Source: Paraspadella gotoi
Lineage: Eukaryota > Animalia > Chaetognatha
Reading direction: 5' to 3'
DNA length: 64,000 nucleotides
Assembly: GCA_051294375.1 (NCBI GenBank)
Contig: CM119265.1
Coordinates: 6,209,489 to 6,273,488, forward strand
Made by a program: the position numbers and the translations under genes. The notes under the pieces are model-generated. The model made no database searches and was not told where the DNA came from. It worked only from the letters and a program-made list of their open reading frames with translations. This document shows, piece after piece, positions 1 to 8,593 of this stretch; the first letter of the stretch is position 1, and each line of letters starts with the position of its first letter.

Positions 1-340
1 TTCCTGACGGTGTAAACGATTGTGTTTTTATTTTTTATATTATTTTTTTATATATATTTTATATTTATATTATTCATTAAATTATTAAATTGTTTAGATT
101 CTCGAGATTTGCGTTTGTGCGTCACATGTCTTGACATTAATTACTACACGATAATTTAAAAATAGATTACAGTAAAAGCGAAAAATTATATTTATATGAG
201 AAATTTTTACTCAATACTTGCGGCGTAAAATTTATAAACTAAGATTTAAAATATAGTATTAAGAGAAAGCGATTTAATTAAGGCAACTATTTTCCAAAAA
301 CCATAATTTCCGTTATAGAATTTAATTTTAACCAAATATT

Positions 341-445
341 TAACCTAATCCTAACCTTAATTCCTAATCTCTAACCCAAATCTTAAAACCTTATCCCCAA
401 ACCTGGAAACCCTAACCCTAAAACCCTAAATCTCAAACCTAAACT
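341..445. repeat. Degenerate telomere-like (CCCTAA-related) tract
   Basis: Run of CCTAA/CCCTAA/CCTTAA variants with a perfect CCCTAACCCTAA at 410-421. Confidence 0.55.
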
Positions 446-1098
446 TTAAATTCAAAAACTTATTTAATTCTGAATTTTAAGCAGAAATCGGGCGCTTTTG
501 GGAAAAAAACGGCCAATCGAAAAGCGTATGTTGGGAGGAGTGGTACTGGAATAAAAAAGGCGGCACACGTCTCTAAAGGGGAAAGAGGTCGTCGACGGTC
601 ACCCGTAGAGACGCCATTTCGACGGAATTGCGTGTTTGATGTCGCCTCGCCCTCCATTGGCTGGCGGACGGCGTTTTTTTTCTCCCCGAGTGGCGCAAAG
701 GCGGGTAGCGAGTGGCAACCAGGTTCTTTTTTTTAAAGTTTTTGTTTATTTTAATTTCCGTGTATATATGTTGTATATATGTATAGTAGACGAATCATGT
801 GTTGCATACAACAAGAAACGAAATTCGGTTCCGGAGTTAATGTGACGCGGATAGGATAATTCATCATCCAAGAACCGAAAAAAGAGCATCTGGTACTACT
901 CGATTGAGATCCGCCGCCGCCGCAGCCGCAGCCGCGCCGCCTGGAGCAGAATCGACGCCGGGTCGAGAGACTCGGAGAATCAATTTGCCATCCGGTCGCG
1001 CGCTGCACCTCCTGCCTTTTTTTTTTGTAGCCCAGCAGGGACACGTGGGGAGGGGAGGATGGCCAAGCGTGGGTTGGGGGAATTTTAAATAGCGGGGT

Positions 1099-1154
<56 letters not shown>

Positions 1155-4070
1155 AAAAAACCTCGCTCTCATGCGTCAACAGGCACACACGTGNNNNNNN
1201 NNNNNNNNNNNNNNNNNNTTGTAGCCCACAGGGACACCGTGGCCGTGAGGGCGAAGGATGGCCAAGCGTGGGTTGCGGGGAAATTTTAAATAGCGGCCGG
1301 GAGGCCAAAGAGGATGGGAGGAGTGAAAGAGAGAGAAGAGAGGAGACGGTTCTGAGGACAGAAGGAGACGTCATCGATGGAGAAGAGACAGGTCTGAGCT
1401 CGTCGTGGAGCAGAGGAAAGAAGAAGGCTTCACATGATCCAAGAGGACACAAAAAGTCAAACGGAGACATGTCGAGAAGAGGATGAGGCGAGGAGCAGAG
1501 ACGATGAGAGACGAGTAGGTAAGAGACGATCGAGAGAGATGATGAGACGAGATGAGAGAAGAGAGAGACACGAGATGTAAGTATGTGAGAGGGAGAGCAA
1601 ATAAATATATAGAGAGAGACCGAGCACGCAGAGCAGAAGGCAGACGCAGAGACCGACCGAGAGAAATATGATCGAGAGAGATAATGAGACAGCAGAGCAT
1701 GATTATAAATGGAGAGGAGAGAGAGAGCAGAGATATTAGTAGAGAGGATAATAATTGGACGAGAGAGACGCACGAGGGGGTAGGGGGTAATTACGACGAG
1801 AGATTACTCTCGGGAGATGGTACAAGTCTTTGCGCGAGAGGGCTCTCAGAGGACCGGAGGTCGTCACGTGTGAAGCACTCGATAATGCGCTCTCTTTTCC
1901 GGGAGCACGCACACATAGCAAGCGGCAGCAGAAACCTGGTACTTACAAAGACACGGAGACCAGGGACCGAGCCGTCAGACAAAAGGACGCCGAACAGGCG
2001 GGTTCCAATGCAGAGTCTTATTCGGGGCAACTCTGCAGCTCTCTCGACGCACATTCTTTGATTGCTGGCGCGCGCTTACCTTCCCTTCCCGACCATTCCC
2101 TACTCTCGTCGCCCGCGCGATGGCATACAAAAGACGGCCCGTTGCAAGTCGCAAGGAAGAGCTTCGCGCAAGTTCGACGGTGGCATCCAAAAAACGCCAA
2201 GAAGCCACGAAAGAACATAAAAACAGATGATCCGAGAAACCACGGACTCTCAATCTAACTGCCAGTTGATCGCGAAGAAGGGAGAATAGCGGAGATGACG
2301 ATCGACAGTTCCGACAAAGTATCTACAGGAGACGAACATAGACCACACTAGCACGACGCGACCGAGCAAGAGAGACGGAGCGAGCAGAGGATGCAGATCC
2401 CCCCACGGACGTTAAGTGACGAGACCAGGGAACTCCGCACGCTACGAATCGCCATCCAGAACCCAGCCCGGAGCTCCCGCAAGGCGAGAGCACCGAGCCG
2501 GCAAGACCTGCGAATCCTTACGTCCGCTCGAAGGCGTTCTAAGGAGCACCTTCGGAGCATTGAGAAGTGAGAGAACGCCAGAAAGAAGACGAAAGCGAAA
2601 AAAAATCCTGAACGTCCCTTCGTATTGCGACACTCTAGAGCATCGACGCAGGTCAAGAAATCTCTAGGCCACACACTCTTGTGCGAACGCACCCGCTATC
2701 GAGCCCGCACCAAGCAAACCGCCATACACATTCGAAGCGTATTATGAAGCAGCCTTCAGCGTATCACACTGCGCCATCGTCCCGCGGCGCCTTCGCGGCG
2801 CGCGAGAGTTTCACCAGCAACACCTTGAAGTTGAGGCGTAAACTCAAATGAATCTATCATTACGAAAAGTCAAGAAGCTCTTTAACATATACGAAACCTC
2901 TCTGTCACTTGATCCTGGCACATGCGCAGCTCTTATAGGTGTGAGTTGCCTTGAGCACATGATATTGCGACAATCAATAGAATTCGGGTGGTGTGTTGCA
3001 AAGTGTACACTGAGTCTCTCACTTTCATGCCAGACAGTGCATGCGAGACCGTTCTCGAGACTAGCCGTGCAGTCGTCTCTCCGTCTCGGTCTCGTGCCTC
3101 GTCTTTCGCGACGTGAAAATAAAAACAGGATGACCGCTCGGGCAATAAACTTACAAAAAAAAAAAGAAAAAAAACTAGTCGAGAAAAGTTACGCGCAAAA
3201 CTAAATCATTACAACAATCTCTCTCCTCTCGAACGCACGCTCGCACAAAACGCTAAACAAACTCACACTCGCGGCGCTCTCGCGGCGAGTGACAAACTGA
3301 AATTGGAAAACAAATTATATAAAAGAGCGAGCCTTAAAAACAAACCCCGCCGACGGCAATGGCGTGTGAATGTTGATCTAATTGTTTGTGGTGGAAGAGG
3401 CTTCTTCAGGCGTCGACCGCGAGAGGCGTCGTCGGTTGTGCCTCGTTTTCGCGAGTGAAAAATAAAAACAGATGAACGTCGCGGCATAAATTTAAAAAAA
3501 AAAAGAAAAAAAACTCAGCGAGAAGATTACGCGAAAACTAAATATTAAAATGTCGACGAATGACGAGAATACGACTTGGAAATTGCGGCGACGCTGACGA
3601 TGACGACGATAACGACGACGACGATAACGACGACGACGATGACAATGTCGAAAGGGGTTGGGTCACGACTGCAACGACGACGACGAGAAGGACGAAGACG
3701 ACATCAGCAGAAAATTTACGATATCCGATACCGAAAGTGGATCCGAATCGGATTTTCCTTTTCGTCTCTGTCTCTGTCTCTTCTGTTTCTTTCCCATCTG
3801 AAAAACCTCATCTGTTACTCGTTTTAGCCGTCATCTGTGACATTTTTCCACCATCTGTAAAAAACTCTTAGGGTTTTAAAAATAGAATTGAAAAGTTAAA
3901 AAAAAAAAGTATATATATGAAGCCTGAAGGGAGAAAAAGTAGGAAGGACGTGCTTCCGTTTTGAAACGTTGTTACAAACTCACTCATTCGTACTCACTGC
4001 CTCTCGTCATTTGCAAAGATTTCACGTTTTACCCATTTTCTTTTTTTCCCATTTCTTTCCACTTCTTTTC

Positions 4071-4073
4071 TTT

Positions 4074-4163
<90 letters not shown>
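4071..4163. repeat. (CTTT)n microsatellite
   Basis: Long perfect tetranucleotide run; related runs at about 16066-16130, 45026-45060 and 49981-50050. Confidence 0.95.
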
Positions 4164-4164
<1 letters not shown>

Positions 4165-4502
4165 CTTATCTTTTATTCTTTTATTTCTCTATTCCTTTGT
4201 TTCTTTTCTCCTTTATTTCTCTTTATCCTTCCTTCTTTTTATTTTCCTTTAATCTCTCTCCAACACTTCCTTTTCCTTTTTTTATCGCTTCCACGACGTT
4301 GTTGTCGACGTGGGATTTCTCGTCCTCGTCTTCTTATAGTCGTAATATTTTCTCATCTTTCTAACGCTTCTCAAATACCTGTTTTCCTCTTCAAAGTTGT
4401 TTCCCGGTTTTTTTAATGATGTTGATGTTGATGTTGATGTTGTGTTAAACATTCGTAGGATCCTCTTAATTGTAATTCTTCAAATATCGTTTATCATATT
4501 TC

Positions 4503-4605
4503 ATGAAATTGGTACAACCAATATCAAAATAATCCACTCATTTAATAATTAAGCCATCTTGCCCCTGACTTTGAACAGTCTTTGGAGGTTCAAGGCCTCC
4601 ATCGC
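4503..4605 (-). mobile_element. Truncated, diverged copy of the Penelope-like dispersed repeat family
   Basis: ATGAAATTGGTACAACCAATAT...TCTTGCCCCTGACTTTG...AGGCCTCCATC matches the intron-3 repeat unit and shares its terminus. Confidence 0.65.
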
Positions 4606-5792
4606 CTACCATATTTCGTTGGACTCTTTATTTCGTCTCTAATTTTACTTTGCCGCTGATTTATTTCGGCGGCGGCCTAATTCACACCCTCACCCAACCC
4701 GCCCAGTTTCGCTTTTATCGTCATACCACTTATACCACTTATAGCTTTACCACTCCTCCCAGTTAACATTTCTCTCTTTTCCTCCGTCCTCTCCTTTTCT
4801 CCTCCCATCTCGTCTTCTAAATCCCCCCCCTCTTCCTCCCTTTCGTCCCGACGGTGATGAAGAAAAGGAAATCAGATTTCATTAAAAAAATTACGCCTTC
4901 GTGCGGAGACGGACGAGAAAGTTCTTCCTTCTTTTCCTCCTCTTTTAATCTCCTCCTTTTCTCTTCTCTTTTTAAAAATTTAATATCTTTATTTTTTTCA
5001 CCTTTTTTTTTAATATTCTCGTATATGTTTTTTTAAAAATCCTTTGTTTCATTTTTTAAAAATCCATTCAGTTTCGTACAGTATTTTGCGTTTATTTTTA
5101 CATGCCTAATGTTTTTCCCCAGTTTCTTTTCTTTCTTTCTTTTGCTTTTTGCTTTCTTCTTTCTTGATGACTTTTAAAAAAACTTTTTTTTTCCATTTTT
5201 TCTGGTTCCAGTTTTCTTGAAATATTTATGAATTAATTCTTTCTTCTTCGTCTCTCCTTTTATTCACTTCGCCTGAGGCAGTGAATCTGGTTCGTGAGCT
5301 CTTTCGTTCTTTGCATATGTTTAAAATCGTTTATTCTCCTTTCGTAACGATATGATTCTAAACAAAATAAAGTATCATTTATGTAGATTTACATACGAGG
5401 AAAAAAAGAAAAACTATCGTTCGTTTGCAGACATATTTTCTGATCCTATTCTTTGATTTATATATGTATTTTGTTTTCTTTAAGAGTTAACTTTTTTCGC
5501 CTTTAAAATTTTTAAAGGTTTTGGAATAATCTTGAATACGAAAAATAAAAATGGTTGGAAAAAAGCATCGATTATTAAAATTTTATTCGAAGGAGATTTC
5601 CCACTCGGGGTCCTTCATCTATTTTTTTTCTTTTCCAAATTTAGCGCCAATTTTTTTTATTAAAAAAAAAAAATTCAAGATAATTCGAGTTGAGATTCTC
5701 AAAATGGCGTCGTCATAGTCGGCGGCGTGTGAAGCCAGGGAAGGTTAGTTTTCATTTCAATTACGCCCTATGTTAAACTCTCTCTCTTTCTT

Positions 5793-5858
<66 letters not shown>

Positions 5859-6066
5859 CTCTCTCTCTCTCTCTGTATCTCTCTCTCTCATACATCTTAG
5901 CTCGTCATTTAGCATGGCCACTAATAGATTCCATCACCGCTGCACCGCGCTTTCGCGTCTCTCAAGAAAGCAAGCAACGGTGTTTGGCGTGCCCGCGCCT
6001 ACCGCCGACGCCGCCTCGCCGCCACGATGCAGACCGCCAACGAGACGAAGCAAATTCCGCCTTTCT

Positions 6067-6127
<61 letters not shown>

Positions 6128-6623
6128 GTCTCTCTCTCTCTCCTCTCACCTACCACTTTACCCTCACATTAGATCACATTTTTTTCCCTTTCTCGCTCTC
6201 GTTACCTCTGCTCTTCGCCTTCTCCCTCAATGACGCAAGTCTTTATGCATCGCTCCACCAACCCCCTTTTCTACTACAACGTCCCCTGCTCCTCTACCCT
6301 CCCTCCACTCCCCTCTCTCTCTCTCCCGGTCGTTATTCTTTCTCTTTCCCAAGGACGACTTCCCGACCGCCCGGGGAATCGAATCGCCGGCGAGAAAACG
6401 CCGTTGCCGACTCAATCCGCCCGACGGACCGACGGACCGACGGACCGCGGCGGAGGCGTTGCGCCTGAGCCTGGGGCAACGTGGTTCTTGATGGCGCGTT
6501 GGCGTAGTCGGGGTTGTGGCGCTAAGCGTTGGCGTGTGGCGGACACGCGGGCGGCGGAAGTTCGAGGAGAAACAAGGAGGCGCAATTAGCGGCGATGAAA
6601 GAAGTTGAGAATGCGCCATTTTA

Positions 6624-6684
<61 letters not shown>

Positions 6685-6925
6685 CAGAGAGTAGATCTCA
6701 ATTTTTCACATCGTCTAATAAATACTTGTCAGTGAGCCCTTAATCATACAGCAGCGCTATTTCCGCATCTATTCGGTCTTTCCATAACAAGCTCCGATTT
6801 ACATTCTTATGATTCCCTGACTGAATTTCAATGACTTTTCTAAGTAACGTTTTTGGATTAAAAAGTATCTATTTCGTTAAGCAATAATAAAATTGTCATG
6901 ATTACAAACATCCCACGAGATAATG

Positions 6926-7147
6926 TCAGGCGGAGCCTGGTAACTCTGTCTTCAATTCCATGGTCGAGGATGTCGCATTCTTCGACTGACATTTCGTCAA
7001 GGTCTCCGCCATCTCCGTCGTCAACTCCCTTATGACGCTCCACGCGAAATCAACGTCTGCCTCTTCCGTTTTCGTGGCGACGACGACGAAGCGGAGAACG
7101 AATTTTCCTTTGACGTCGGCGGGGACCAAGTAGATTCGACGGTCGCG
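6926..7147 (-). CDS. DDC: AADC-family gene exon 9, terminal ([46 protein letters not shown]...stop)
   Basis: ACAG acceptor; matches the family C-terminus (IHLVP...FVLRF...DV.FAW..I); TGA at 6928-6926. Confidence 0.92.
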   Translation of the reverse strand, partial: RDRRIYLVPADVKGKFVLRFVVVATKTEEADVDFAWSVIRELTTEMAETLTKCQSKNATSSTMELKTELPGSA

Positions 7148-8512
7148 CTGTTGGAATTGCCGCGATGTATATTAATTATTACATTTATCAATCAATTAAT
7201 TAATCGATTTTAATTTCTCTCAATCAATCCCTCTCAAGCAATCCCACGCAATCAAAAGTCACCCCTCTATGAATCTCACGAAATTAATCGAATCTCAAAA
7301 ATATCACTGTATCATTTCACTCTATCACTAAAACATTTTCATCAAATCAATGAAATCAACCAATCAAAAGTCCAATCCATTCCTGTACTTCTCCACGGAC
7401 CGTGACAGATTCACCTCGATCGCCTTCAACAACGACCTCGTCCTCTCGTTTCCTTCGTCTTCTTTAAACCGAAAGCAGACGAGTCCCAACTCCACGTCGT
7501 TGGTCACTTCGAATTCTGAAGAGGCCGCCACCAGAGCCTCGAAACGCTTCGCCAGCTCAACTTGCTGATGAAGAGAAGAAATGGCTTACCTAGCTTACCC
7601 AGCTGTAACCGTTACGTTGGAGACCAAATTTTGTTTTGTTTTCAAAAAAAGAATAACACACTTTCGGATTTAATAGAAGACTGTCCTTAGTGTGAATTCA
7701 AGCCAACGAAAAAAAGGAAAATAAAATAATGGTTAAGTTAAGCTTAGACATGGCCTTCTTTGTTTTCATAGCACAATAGAATAAAACCGATCGCCAACTC
7801 CCAGCTTACCTTTCGTATCATATGGCGCAGCTTCTCGACTCCAAACATCCTGACGACGAACCATATCTTGAGCGAACGGAACCTCCGGCCCAGCGGAATG
7901 TGCCAGTAACGATACTCTGGCACGCGTATTTCTTGATCTTCGCTGCTCGGGGCGTCAGCTAAAAACTCCGCGCCGATTTTGAAGGGTGACTCCAGCTTGG
8001 TGGAGTCGCGGACCCAAAGGACGGAGCAGTCCGCGTTGATCTGCAGCCACTGGGGTAAAAAGGCCAAGAGAGTGCAAAAGCGGATTGAGTACTTGAATTG
8101 GCTTTTAATTAGATTCAGTTTTGTATATACAAGTCATAAACAAACTACAAAATAAACTAAATAAGTCTACTTTCATCATTAGCTCGGTTTTACTACGCTC
8201 CAGTTTGATAATACAGTCAAACATGATGGTCTATGCGACATATTGCGAACTTTACCTTTGTCGGGTTGAAGTTGAAAGAATCGACGAATTCTATTCCGCG
8301 GAGATGATGACGAAACTCTGGACAGACGAAGGCGTTGCCGGCGTAGGCGGCGTCAACGTGGAGCCAGACGCCAAAGTCGCGACACACCGGACCCAGTGTA
8401 GAAAGCTTGGAGGATATGAAAAAGATGTGGCAGGGAAAAGGTGGGATGAAGAGATACAGAAAGTGAGAAAGAAAAATGAGGAAGAGAAAACACGGCGGAT
8501 TGGATTGAACTA

Positions 8513-8593
<81 letters not shown>

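Noticed and set aside
1025-2720. Duplicated segment across the 25-N gap (1025-1096 vs 1219-1297), followed by scrambled GA-rich sequence and several ORFs
   Set aside because: Pattern of an overfilled gap extended with a low-quality long read; the ORFs have no recognisable homology.
3041-3545. Imperfect direct repeat (about 3090-3205 vs 3440-3545)
   Set aside because: The first copy looks like an indel-ridden version of the second at the end of the noisy segment; likely an artefact rather than an LTR pair.
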